In this document: positions 27,810 through 36,802 of the stretch, in pieces
How the letters are laid out: every line of letters starts with the position of its first letter
Numbering within the stretch: position 1 is the stretch's first letter
Notes under the pieces: generated by a model
What the model saw: the letters and a program-made list of their open reading frames with translations, nothing else
Told to the model about the DNA's origin: nothing
The model's database searches: none
Made by a program: the position numbers and the translations under genes
NCBI GenBank assembly: GCA_020724765.1
Contig: DYGJ01000001.1
Coordinates: 1-47,650, forward strand
Direction: 5' to 3'
Origin: Thermotoga sp.
GTDB taxonomy: Bacteria > Bipolaricaulota > Bipolaricaulia > Bipolaricaulales > Bipolaricaulaceae
DNA length: 47,650 bases

Positions 27810-30553
27810 GGCGCGGGCGCCGCCCGCCCGAGGTGGAGGACCCCGTCTAGATGGGTGCTCGCTCCGTACAGGGCCGCGACCGCATCGCCCCTGCGCTCGA
27901 GGACGGACGCTCGCCGGAGCTTGAGGTTCGCGGTCAGCTCCCCCCTCTCGATCGAGAGGTCGTGCGCCAGCACGGCCCACGCCTTCACCTGCTCGGGGTG
28001 GGAGAGGTTCCGGTTGACCGTTCCCACCGCGTCGTCGAGCTTCCTCGCCTCCTCCGGACGGAGATCGCCCTTGGCCACCCAGAGAAGCGCGGCGCAGTAC
28101 GGCCGGCCCTCTCCTATCACCATCGCCTCTGCCACGCCCGGGATCCCCTTGAGGAGGGCCTCCACCCTCCCCGGGCTCACGTACTTGCCGTACGCCGTCT
28201 TGAGGAGATCCTTCTTGCGACCGGTGATGGCGAGGAACCCGTCGCGGAGCTCGCCGAGGTCACCGGTGAGGAGCCACCCGTCACAGAACGGGTGTTCGCC
28301 CTCGCGCCCCCAGTACCCCGGCGTGACCTGGGGGCCGCGGACGAGGACCTCCCCATCTGCGCCCAAGCGCACCTCGGTCTCCGGTAGCGGCTCGCCCACC
28401 GTGCCCAGCCTGTTCCTGCCCGTCCGGTTCAGGGTCACGAGGGGCGCCTCAGTCAGCCCGTACGCGTTGTGGACCTCAATCCCCAGACCCGCGAGGTCGC
28501 GGACCAACCCCTCGCCGATCGGGGCGGAGCCAGAGATGAGCTGGGCGCAGCGGTCGAGGCCCGCACGGGCGAGGAGGCGGCGTCGAACGAGGGGATGCAG
28601 CAGAGCACGCACGGTCGGTCCGAGTCCGCCGTACCACCGGCCGACCGCGCTGGTGCGGAACGCGTCCCATAACTTCTCGTAGAACCGGGGGACAGAGAAG
28701 AACACCGTTGGCCGCACGCGCTGCAGCGCGCCCGCCAAGCGCCGGAAGTCGTCGAGGAACGTCACATCCACCCGCGCCGGCATGTAGTGCGGGGCGTACG
28801 TGCCCAGAATCCCTTCCACGACGTGGTTCATGGGCAGGAACGACAGGTACGTCCCCGGCCGATTCCTCGGCCCCCACGGGAGGAGGCCCCCCAACGTCTC
28901 CGCCATCCAGCGCAGCTGATGGTGGCGGAACATCACGCCCTTCGGGACCCCGGTCGTGCCCGACGTGTAGCGGAGCGTGGCAAGGTCGTCCGGCCCGGCC
29001 GGGCTCCGCGTCTGGTCACCGTGCGCCGTTCCCAACGCGAGGAACGCCTCCCACCCCAGCACGCCGGCGGGGGGATCCCCCCCGTCGTGGGCGAACGCGA
29101 CCACGCGCTCCGGAGCGCCCAGCTCGGGGAGACGATCGAGGAGCGACTGCACACCCACGAACAGAAGGCGGGCTCCGCTGTCGGCGAGGATGGCGCGGAT
29201 CTCCTCCGGAGGACTCGTGTAGTAGAGAGGAACGCTTACCGCGCCGGCGAGGCCGATCGCGGTGTCGAGGGCCAGGTAGCGCGTGCTGTTCAGCCCCACG
29301 AGCGCCACCCGATCCCCGGGGCGCACGACGAGGGCGCGGAGCGCCCCCGCCGCCCGCAGGATCTCCCCACGCAGAACAGCGGGATCCTGGCCCACCGTCT
29401 TCCCGCTTCGAAGGTCGTGGTACCGCACCGGCCGGCTGCGGCTCGCCAGCCGCACCAGCACCTGCTCGTGGACCGTGCGTTCCGAGCGGTGCAGGAACCC
29501 GCAGCGGACGGCGAACCGAAGCAGATGGGGCATCATCTCCCTCCAGTCGAGCGTGTACGGTCCAAGCACGCGATCGGTGTTCGTTCGCTCGTATCGGCAC
29601 CGCTCCCGTACATACGCCGCGAGCGGCGCGAGGGAACCGAACGCGGCGACCGCCCGCTCGGGCAACGGCACACACATAGGACGGGGAACGCGCACCCCCA
29701 GCTCGCGGCGCGCCCAGGTGCGGACGAACCCGACCAGCTCGCCCACGGTGGGGGCCTCCTCGGCAGGCGGGGTGAGGTGGAACGTGAGCCCCTCCGCCCT
29801 CGGGTGGAACAGGAGCTGCGTAACCGCATCTGCGACGTAGTCCACCGGGATCAGGTTCAGCCGGATCGCGGGCGAGGTGGGCAGCACGCGGAGCCGACCC
29901 GTGAGGAGGAGCCGTAGGGCGTAGTACACGGTGTTGAACATCTTGATGTATCCCGTGTGGGAATCGCCGACAATCATCCCCGGACGGAACACGGACACGG
30001 GCACCTCTCCCATCACAGCTCGCACCCACGATTCGCCCTCGTGCTTCGTCCTCTCGTAGGCGCTGCGGAATCGGGGCGCTGCCGGCAGATCGTCCTCCGG
30101 CACGACGCTGGGGTGGGCGCCGGCGACGTAGGCCGTGGAGACGTGCCCCATACGGACCAATCCGTGCTGCCGCGCCATTTGGGCAAACTCCAACACGTGC
30201 CGCACGCCGTCCACGTTCGTCGCCCGGAGCGCCTCGAGCGGGGCATTCAGCCGGAGATCGGCCGCCGCGTGGACGAGGTGCGTCACCCGCCGCGCCAGGT
30301 CCGCGTAGACCTCGGGACCAAGCCCGAGAAAGGGGGCAGCCACATCGCCCGCGACGGGCTCGATCCCGTGGCCGATCTTCGCCCGAAGATCAGGCCAATC
30401 CCACCACGCACGGGCCAGCCGTCGCGCCGCGTCGCCATCCGGGGCCCGGGCGAGCGCCACGACCGCGCAGCCGCGACCGATGAGCCGCTTCACGACCTCC
30501 GTGCCGACGAACCCCGCGGCGCCGGTGACGAGTACGGTCGGCGTCAGGCCCAC
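27806..30553 (-). CDS. Fusion of an N-terminal extended-SDR thioester/acyl-CoA reductase domain and a long-chain acyl-CoA synthetase (AMP-binding) domain
   Basis: VLVTGAAGFVG, HAAA, NVDG, VSTAYVAG, YERTK, RPGMIVG (NAD_binding_4-like); then YTSGTTGVPKGV, SFLPMNH, VPRFYEK, AYGLTE, TGDLG, GRKKDL. Start approximate (GTG 30553). Confidence 0.88.
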   Translation of the reverse strand: MGLTPTVLVTGAAGFVGTEVVKRLIGRGCAVVALARAPDGDAARRLARAWWDWPDLRAKIGHGIEPVAGDVAAPFLGLGPEVYADLARRVTHLVHAAADLRLNAPLEALRATNVDGVRHVLEFAQMARQHGLVRMGHVSTAYVAGAHPSVVPEDDLPAAPRFRSAYERTKHEGESWVRAVMGEVPVSVFRPGMIVGDSHTGYIKMFNTVYYALRLLLTGRLRVLPTSPAIRLNLIPVDYVADAVTQLLFHPRAEGLTFHLTPPAEEAPTVGELVGFVRTWARRELGVRVPRPMCVPLPERAVAAFGSLAPLAAYVRERCRYERTNTDRVLGPYTLDWREMMPHLLRFAVRCGFLHRSERTVHEQVLVRLASRSRPVRYHDLRSGKTVGQDPAVLRGEILRAAGALRALVVRPGDRVALVGLNSTRYLALDTAIGLAGAVSVPLYYTSPPEEIRAILADSGARLLFVGVQSLLDRLPELGAPERVVAFAHDGGDPPAGVLGWEAFLALGTAHGDQTRSPAGPDDLATLRYTSGTTGVPKGVMFRHHQLRWMAETLGGLLPWGPRNRPGTYLSFLPMNHVVEGILGTYAPHYMPARVDVTFLDDFRRLAGALQRVRPTVFFSVPRFYEKLWDAFRTSAVGRWYGGLGPTVRALLHPLVRRRLLARAGLDRCAQLISGSAPIGEGLVRDLAGLGIEVHNAYGLTEAPLVTLNRTGRNRLGTVGEPLPETEVRLGADGEVLVRGPQVTPGYWGREGEHPFCDGWLLTGDLGELRDGFLAITGRKKDLLKTAYGKYVSPGRVEALLKGIPGVAEAMVIGEGRPYCAALLWVAKGDLRPEEARKLDDAVGTVNRNLSHPEQVKAWAVLAHDLSIERGELTANLKLRRASVLERRGDAVAALYGASTHLDGVLHLGRAAPAP

Positions 30554-31776
30554 CCCCGGTCGGCGAGGAACGCCCGCAGGAGCTCCCGGTTCCGTTGGGC
30601 GCGGCCCAGCAGGTTCGTGTACCCGGCTTCGAGGATCCTCTGTTGCTCCCCAGGGGACTCCAGAAGCTCGGCGACCCGCGCGGGCAAGGCGTCCAGCAAC
30701 TCCGGTTCGACGAAGTACCGCTCGCGGAGCCCGAGCTCCTCGTAGAGGGTCCTCAACCGCAGGTCGTGCCCCACCGCGACCTGCGGCACGGATCCGGCGA
30801 GGGAGAGGACCGCCGCGTGGTAGCGCGACGTCTGGAGCGCGGTCAGGCTCCGCAGGAGCCACGTCATCTGCGACGCGTTGAGGGTGCGCGACGAGAACAC
30901 ACGAGCCCGATCCTCATGCTTCATCCGTTCCTGCACTGCGGTGGCCAAGGGCTCGTCGAGCTCTTCCATGGCGATGAGGGCGATGCCCACGTCGTGCTCG
31001 GCGGCGACCTGGTCGGCCAGAGCAGCGTAGGACGCGGCCAAGGCGCGACTCGCCTGGCAGCACGCCCGGGAGCGCCGGAAGTAGTACGGCCAGCGGTAAC
31101 AGCTGGCCCGCCGCCCGAACGGGCGGATGACCACCGGCCAGAGGTGAAAGTCCACCACCGCCATCCCCACAACCCTCGGGGGCGCATCCGGCCACAGGTG
31201 CCGTAACACGCCTGCGTCCGACGGATCGGGGGCGAAGGTGAGGGCGTTGTCCGCCGTGACCTCGATCGGGCTCGTCACGCCCCACCCCCGCAGCCGCTCC
31301 GCCGCGCCCCGGCTGCGGGTGATGATGAGGCCGGTCTTGCTCGCTTCCCGTCGCACCCGCCGGACGTTCGCCGGCTTGAGGGACCCGGCATCCACGGCAT
31401 AGGCCAGGGACGGCTTGCCGAAGGCCTTCGCGCACCGCGTCACCCACAGGAACGCCCACAGGAGGGCCGACGTCCAGGTGTCCATGTACGCGCTGCCCTC
31501 AACGAGCATCACCAGGTCGTGCTCGCGTACGAGCCGGCGCGCGGTGCGGAAGAACACGGGCGGGAGGCGGACAATCCTCAGGTGCTCATCCTCATGGACG
31601 TACCGACGTAGGTTTGCGGGGTTGAGAGAGGGGATGGTGATCCGGGCCTGGGGCCCCAGCACAGCGCGCACGTCGGCGATGTCCGCGAGGAGGAGCGCCT
31701 CGGCGCCGGTGTTGTTCGCGCCGTTGTACCCGACCATCAGGATCCGCGGTCCGACCGAGGAGCGCGGGAGCGCCAT
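30544..31776 (-). CDS. Polysaccharide pyruvyl transferase family protein (CsaB/WcaK-like)
   Basis: GYNGANNTGAEA, EGSAYMD, IITRS, ADNA, TSRYHAAVLS...VPQVAVG motifs; GGAGGT SD. Confidence 0.8.
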   Translation of the reverse strand: MALPRSSVGPRILMVGYNGANNTGAEALLLADIADVRAVLGPQARITIPSLNPANLRRYVHEDEHLRIVRLPPVFFRTARRLVREHDLVMLVEGSAYMDTWTSALLWAFLWVTRCAKAFGKPSLAYAVDAGSLKPANVRRVRREASKTGLIITRSRGAAERLRGWGVTSPIEVTADNALTFAPDPSDAGVLRHLWPDAPPRVVGMAVVDFHLWPVVIRPFGRRASCYRWPYYFRRSRACCQASRALAASYAALADQVAAEHDVGIALIAMEELDEPLATAVQERMKHEDRARVFSSRTLNASQMTWLLRSLTALQTSRYHAAVLSLAGSVPQVAVGHDLRLRTLYEELGLRERYFVEPELLDALPARVAELLESPGEQQRILEAGYTNLLGRAQRNRELLRAFLADRGWA

Positions 31777-31855
31777 GCTTCACCTCCCTCCTGAGGGGTT
31801 ACCTGCCCCGAATAGAGGGAGTATATACCTGTGTAGGCACCCCAGCGGGCCCGAG

Positions 31856-33289
31856 CTAGCCTACTGCTCGGACCGCGTTGCGGCCCATCACCGCGCAGCC
31901 GGGGATCCCCGCCCCGCCGGCGGACTGCCCCACGATCTGGAGGCCCTCCACCCCAAGCACGGTCATCGGCCGAGCGAACATCATCGCCCCCCACTGGGGC
32001 GACGACGCGAACCCCGGCCCCACGCCCGTGTACCGCTCCGTGGTGAGAGGAGTGGCGACGTCCGACACCTCGACCTGGCCCATGATCCCGGGAAACCGAG
32101 GTTCCAGGAGCCGAAGGATCGTTTCCACCAGGCGTTCCTTCTCCGCACGGTACCGCTCGCGGTCGCGTCCCAGCTCCGCCCAGTAGCTCCACGTCGTGTC
32201 GAGGAGCACCTTCAGGACGCCCTTCCCCGGCGGGGCGAGCGACGGATCGAACCCGAACAACTCCAGATCCAGCCGATCGCGAACCCGCTCCGCGAGCTGA
32301 GCCGGCTCGCGGAGCCAGAGAACCATCGCGTGCGGTTCCGAGGCGAGATCCCGTGCCAGGCCAAGCGAGACGTGGATGCCCATCACCATCTCGTCCTGGG
32401 GCCGGGCGAACGAGGCCCGCAGCTTGTCGTCGAGGTATTCCTCTCCGAGGAGGTGGTGCAGGGTGGCATGCGCGGTGGCGTTGGAGATCACCGCGTCCGC
32501 CCGGTGCTCCGTGCCGTCGCCCAGGCGGACCCCGATCGCGCGCCCCTTCTCGACCAGGATCGCTTCGACCTTCGTTCGGTAGCGGATCTCGCCGCCGAGG
32601 GAGAGGTACCGGTCCGCGATCGCCTGGGCGAAGCGAAGCGATCCTCCCACGGGGAACCCGTACCGACGGACAGCGCTTCCGGCGAGGATGTTCAGGTGCA
32701 GGAAGACCGGCGTGCCCGGCCAGTCATACTGGATCGTAGCCATCGCTTGGCGCAGCAACGGGTCGCGAAACCGTTCCGCGAACGTGCGCATCGTCAGCCG
32801 ACCCCACCGCATCGCGGTCGGCGCGCGGCGGAGGAGACGGGCCCAGTCGCTCCACGACCCGGTCATCGCGTCGAACAGGTCGAACCGGGTGAACGCGCGA
32901 AGGGCACGGGCGTAGCGTCGGACAAGCCGGTCGTCACCTGGCGCGAGGCCGAGGAGGTGTGCCTCCAGACGATCGAGATCCGTGTGCACGGTGAGAACCT
33001 TCCCGTCCGGCGTCTCGACCTGGGTGAGGTCGGCAGGGTAGAGGACCTCCCGCGGCATCGCCCCCAGCTCCTCCCACATCCGGTGGGTGGGGGTTCCCTC
33101 GCGGCAGCCAGCAAGGTGGTGGATGCAGCCGTCGAACGTGTACCCCTGGCGCGTCCACGCCGTGCACAGGCCGCCGGGCTTGTCGTGCATCTCGAAGATC
33201 GTCGTTTCCAGGCCGGCACGCCGACCGTAGACCCCGGCGGCGAGCCCGCCCATCCCCGCCCCAATGATCGCCACCGTGCGCGTGCTCAT
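31856..33289 (-). CDS. Phytoene desaturase (CrtI)-like FAD-dependent oxidoreductase
   Basis: IIGAGMGGLAAG, EMHDKPGGLCTAWTRQGYTFDG, P.GGS, DVATPLT..RYT, G.GIPG; ATGA overlap with DUF4342. Confidence 0.85.
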   Translation of the reverse strand: MSTRTVAIIGAGMGGLAAGVYGRRAGLETTIFEMHDKPGGLCTAWTRQGYTFDGCIHHLAGCREGTPTHRMWEELGAMPREVLYPADLTQVETPDGKVLTVHTDLDRLEAHLLGLAPGDDRLVRRYARALRAFTRFDLFDAMTGSWSDWARLLRRAPTAMRWGRLTMRTFAERFRDPLLRQAMATIQYDWPGTPVFLHLNILAGSAVRRYGFPVGGSLRFAQAIADRYLSLGGEIRYRTKVEAILVEKGRAIGVRLGDGTEHRADAVISNATAHATLHHLLGEEYLDDKLRASFARPQDEMVMGIHVSLGLARDLASEPHAMVLWLREPAQLAERVRDRLDLELFGFDPSLAPPGKGVLKVLLDTTWSYWAELGRDRERYRAEKERLVETILRLLEPRFPGIMGQVEVSDVATPLTTERYTGVGPGFASSPQWGAMMFARPMTVLGVEGLQIVGQSAGGAGIPGCAVMGRNAVRAVG

Positions 33290-33546
33290 CTCCCGTCGCC
33301 CACCCGTTCCACGACGATCGTGCAGCGGGTGAGGAGCGCCGCTGCGGCGCCGATCGCGGCCCACACCGGCAGGAGCAGCGCCCCGACCACGCCCACGGTG
33401 AGAGGGAACTCGACCACCGTCTCGCCCTCCTCGTTGCGGATCGCGATCCGCCGCACGTTCCCTTCGTGGACGAGCTCCTTCACCTTCGCCAGGACCTCCT
33501 CCCCGCTCACCCGGAACTCCTCGGTCCGCCCTGTCCTGCCCTCCAT
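33286..33546 (-). CDS. DUF4342 domain protein
   Basis: EEFRVSGEE....VKELVHEGNVRRI.I...E.PLTVGV.G.LL.P..AAIG.AAAL...CTIVVER; AGGAGG SD. Confidence 0.85.
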   Translation of the reverse strand: MEGRTGRTEEFRVSGEEVLAKVKELVHEGNVRRIAIRNEEGETVVEFPLTVGVVGALLLPVWAAIGAAAALLTRCTIVVERVGDGR

Positions 33547-33564
33547 GTCGCCTCCTTCCGTGGC

Positions 33565-33741
33565 TCAGCTCGAGAGCATCTTCAGGATATGCCTGGCCAG
33601 AACGTCGTTGATCTCGGTATGGCGAGGGATCGGTTGACTGACCTTCGTGGTGGGGTTCTGGTACCAGTCATGCCGCGCACCGTGGCGGATCAGGACGCAC
33701 CCTCTCTTTTCAACCTCACGGATGAGATCGGTTCGCTTCAT
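33565..33741 (-). CDS. hicA: HicA family toxin (58 aa, below the ORF-track cutoff)
   Basis: Translated by hand: MKRTDLIREVEKRGCVLIRHGARHDWYQNPTTKVSQPIPRHTEINDVLARHILKMLSS; ATGA overlap with hicB. Confidence 0.9.
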   Translation of the reverse strand: MKRTDLIREVEKRGCVLIRHGARHDWYQNPTTKVSQPIPRHTEINDVLARHILKMLSS

Positions 33742-33929
33742 GCAACCTGCAGCTCAGCCACGCGGCGCACCTCGGGGATGACCCCGCCAGCGAGGTCAGC
33801 GTAGAGATCCCTCAAGTTCTCTTTCAGCCCTTCCAGGGTCTGTCCCTGCGTCCAGTAGTCCGGGTACTCAGCGAGGTGCCCCATCCACATGTCCTCACGC
33901 TGCCAGTACACGTACTGCACGGTCTTCAT
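33738..33929 (-). CDS. hicB: Short HicB family antitoxin (no DNA-binding domain)
   Basis: W.GHLAEYPDYWTQGQTLEGLKENL is the HicB partial RNase H fold; directly upstream of hicA. Confidence 0.88.
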   Translation of the reverse strand: MKTVQYVYWQREDMWMGHLAEYPDYWTQGQTLEGLKENLRDLYADLAGGVIPEVRRVAELQVA

Positions 33930-33964
33930 GGGGCGAGCTTACCCCTCGCGTATCTGGCCGTCCA
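33930..33964 (-). promoter_or_regulatory. Probable leaderless promoter of hicBA
   Basis: Minus strand TGGACG, 17 bp, TAAGCT, 6 bp, ATG; no SD. Confidence 0.55.
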
Positions 33965-34026
33965 GAACACAAAACAGCCTAGGAGGCTATGCCTTGGGCG
34001 CACGGCCGACACTCCCCCCTGCCTCC

Positions 34027-35319
34027 CTACTCCTCCAACCGGAACGGGGGATAGCGGTCCGTCATCAACGCAGCGTAGATCGCGACCCGGTACGCCCAGC
34101 GGTTCATGCTCATCACGAACGCGAAGATCCCCTTCGGGTACCGGCCCCGGAACAGGAGCGCCACCCCAGCAAACAAGGTGAGCAGCGGCACGAGCCCCCC
34201 GCCAGACCGGCCTCCCCCGCCCTGGAACAGGCTCACCACCGCGTAGTGGGGAATCGCGAGGAGCCACCACTTCACGAGCACGAGGCCCCGGGACAGCCGC
34301 TCCGGGTAGGCGACGTCGAGATCGGCCGGGTACCCGCCCGCCCTCAGGGCGAACGGCGGGTAGAGGTCTGTGCCCAACGCCTGGTAGGCGTAGAACCCCA
34401 CGCGCCACGTCCAGCGCAGGACCCCCACGTTGTAGTCGAAAAGCGGCCGCGGGTACCGCCCGGTGAACAGGATCGCCAGGAACGAGACGAGCCACGAGAA
34501 GCCGAACCCCACCCACAGGAAGGCGAGGACAACGTAGTGCGGGATGAGGAGGAACCACTTCACCAGCCACAGGGCGGGCGACAAGGGCTCGGCGAGCTCA
34601 CCCGTGAAGGTGAGCGGGTAGCCGTCGGCGGGTTCGGGCTGCGGTGAGCCCTCGGCGAGGGGACGCCCACGCACCCCGACGTAGATGAGCGCCACGGCGA
34701 GCACCAGCAGCGCCACCCCGCCCACGAGGATCCCGATGGCAAGCGGCAAGAGCGCGGGGAACTTCACCCCGACGGACGCCCACGCCTCTACCCCTTGGGA
34801 TCCGTCGGCGTTCATGAGTACAAGCGTCCACTCGCCGGGCTTCACGTCCCAGGTCAGCGTCTGCGTCCCCACGCCCTCCGCGCGGGCCGCCCACAACGTC
34901 CGCCGGCCCGGCGGTCACGGCGGCGGTCCGCCGGGGATGTTCCGGTACCCAACCCACACCGGGCGGAGCTCGACGTCCATCACCTCGTCCCGCGCCACGC
35001 CGGCAAGGTAGGCCTGAGCATCGCGCCAGTCGGCGACCCCCACGAACAGGGCGCGGCTGGAGTCGGCCGCCTGAACTTCGACCCGCAGCGTGGCCCGGCT
35101 GCCCCGCCACCACGGCGCGTCCCCTCCGATCCATGCCGTCTGGGTGACGATCCCGTAGGCGTTGCTCAGCAGCCGGATTTCGCCCGACGTCATGAACCCG
35201 TCACGATCGGCGAACGCCAGGCGGAACACGAGCCCCGCCGTCCCGCCGATCACGAGGCCGACCCCGACGATCCCCACCAACACCCCGAACACGACAACAA
35301 GAACTTTTCCCAATCTCAT
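34027..35319 (-). pseudogene. DUF4389 membrane protein interrupted by a single in-frame TGA
   Basis: ORFs 34915..35319 and 34027..34896 are in the same frame, separated only by TGA at 34915-34917; two DUF4389 repeats (LWLVKWFLLIPHY...FTGRYP...W.WRV..Y...TD.YPPF). Confidence 0.75.
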
Positions 35320-35446
35320 CCCTGCCTCCCCTGAGCGCTGCTCATCCCACGGCCTGCTTAAACGCGTAGTTCACGCTGTATCGTAGTGCTCGGACCCCAG
35401 GTCTGCCAAGACTGGCTGCTAGCCTGCCGATGCATCCGCTGTTGTC

Positions 35447-35486
35447 TTGTCATTCACGCCGTGAATGATTATCATGCATAGCATGA
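35447..35486 (+). promoter_or_regulatory. Sigma70 promoter with palindromic operator; leaderless start of the AAA ATPase gene
   Basis: TTGTCA (35447-52), 17 bp, TATCAT (35470-75), ATG at 35483; perfect palindrome TCATTCAC-GCC-GTGAATGA (35450-35468) and TCATGC-ATA-GCATGA (35472-35486). Confidence 0.72.
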
Positions 35487-36700
35487 GGGCACTCCCCCGC
35501 GCCGTTGGGACCGCGCTACGCGACAGACTTGCGGTGATGCCCGTGGTCGTGCTGACGGGTGCCCGGCAGACGGGCAAGAGCACTCTGGCCGAGCACCTCG
35601 TTCCCGAGCCACGTCGCTACCACACCCTCGACGACCTCGACGTGCTGGATGTGGCGCGTCGCGATCCAGAGGCACTGGTCAGCGGCAGCCAGCCGGTCAC
35701 CCTGGACGAGGTCCAGCGCGCACCCGATCTTCTCCAGGCGGTGAAGCGCGCCGTTGATCGAGAGCGCAGACCTGGGCAGTTCCTCGTCACCGGATCGGCC
35801 AACCTCCTGCTCATGCGCCAAGTATCAGAATCCCTCGCAGGACGAGCCAGCTACCTCACCCTGTGGCCGATGACGCGCCGCGAGCAGCAGGGCGAGGGCC
35901 GGCACGGGGCGTGGGAGGAGATCGTCGCCGCCCGCGACGAGGAGTGGCTAGATCTCCTGGCGGCTCAGCCCGATGCTCCCGAAGATTGGCGCGCCCTCGC
36001 GCGGCGGGGTGGCTATCCCACGCCGACGACCACCCTGCGCACATCGAGCGAGCGTGCCATCTGGTTCGATGGCTACGTCCGCACCTACCTTGAGCGTGAC
36101 CTGCAGGACCTCGCTTCCATCTCGGCGCTTCCCGACTTTCGCCGTCTGATGCGCGCTGCCTGCCTACGGCTCGGGCAGCTGCTCAACCAAGCGGAGCTGG
36201 GTCGCGACGTCGCGCTCACCCAGCCCACCGTTCACCGCTGGCTCAACCTGCTGGAGACGTCGTACTTGGCGGTACGACTCCCGTCCTACGCGGTCAACCG
36301 CACCAAGCGGCTCATCAAGTCGCCCAAGCTCTACTGGAACGATGTCGGGCTCGCGCTGCATCTCGCGGGGCAGGATGACCCGACAGGAGCACATCTGGAG
36401 AACCTCGTCCTCCACGACCTCCTGGTGTGGCGCGACGCGCGACTGGAACGTGCGGAGATCTGCTACTGGCGGACGGCGGTCGGCGAGGAAGTGGATTTCG
36501 TGATCGAGACGGGTCGGCGGCTCATTCCCATTGAAGTGAAGGCCTCCCCGCGGCCGCGGCTTGCCGACGCGGCCCACCTGCGTGCCTTTCGGGCCGAGTA
36601 CGGGAGAGAGGCACGTGCGGGGTTGCTTCTCCACACCGGAAGCCAGCTCGAATGGCTGGCAGGCGACGTGCTCGCCGTGCCCTGGTGGCGGGTCCTCTGA
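35483..36700 (+). CDS. AAA+ ATPase (AAA_14) with DUF4143, wHTH and a C-terminal PD-(D/E)xK-like domain
   Basis: GARQTGKST, LDEVQR, FLVTGSA, ESLAGR, GGYP, YLERD, KRLIKSPKLY..D.G, YWRT..GEEVDFV....PIEVK. Confidence 0.9.
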   Translation: MRALPRAVGTALRDRLAVMPVVVLTGARQTGKSTLAEHLVPEPRRYHTLDDLDVLDVARRDPEALVSGSQPVTLDEVQRAPDLLQAVKRAVDRERRPGQFLVTGSANLLLMRQVSESLAGRASYLTLWPMTRREQQGEGRHGAWEEIVAARDEEWLDLLAAQPDAPEDWRALARRGGYPTPTTTLRTSSERAIWFDGYVRTYLERDLQDLASISALPDFRRLMRAACLRLGQLLNQAELGRDVALTQPTVHRWLNLLETSYLAVRLPSYAVNRTKRLIKSPKLYWNDVGLALHLAGQDDPTGAHLENLVLHDLLVWRDARLERAEICYWRTAVGEEVDFVIETGRRLIPIEVKASPRPRLADAAHLRAFRAEYGREARAGLLLHTGSQLEWLAGDVLAVPWWRVL

Positions 36701-36802
36701 GCCCAAGCGACGCGCATTTGAGCGTCTCACGCCGCGGCGCAGCGTCTCCTGCCGCAGGGCCTTGATCTGGTCATCCGTCAGCGACACCCGGGTCCGGTGC
36801 AT
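36701..36802 (-). pseudogene. Truncated CopG/ribbon-helix-helix antitoxin-like remnant
   Basis: MHRTRVSLTDDQIKALRQETLRRGV resembles RHH antitoxin N-termini; the frame then runs antisense into the ATPase gene. Confidence 0.45.

Noticed and set aside
31856-33289. Carotenoid biosynthesis cluster
   Set aside because: No crtB, crtE or cyclase nearby; the CrtI-like family is broad, and a probable separate promoter lies between this gene and the downstream operon.
34915-34917. Selenocysteine or alternative genetic code for the in-frame TGA (also 16149-16151)
   Set aside because: The site is a Pro/Gly-rich linker without redox context, many genes here end in TGA, and the other case lies in a multiply frameshifted pseudogene.
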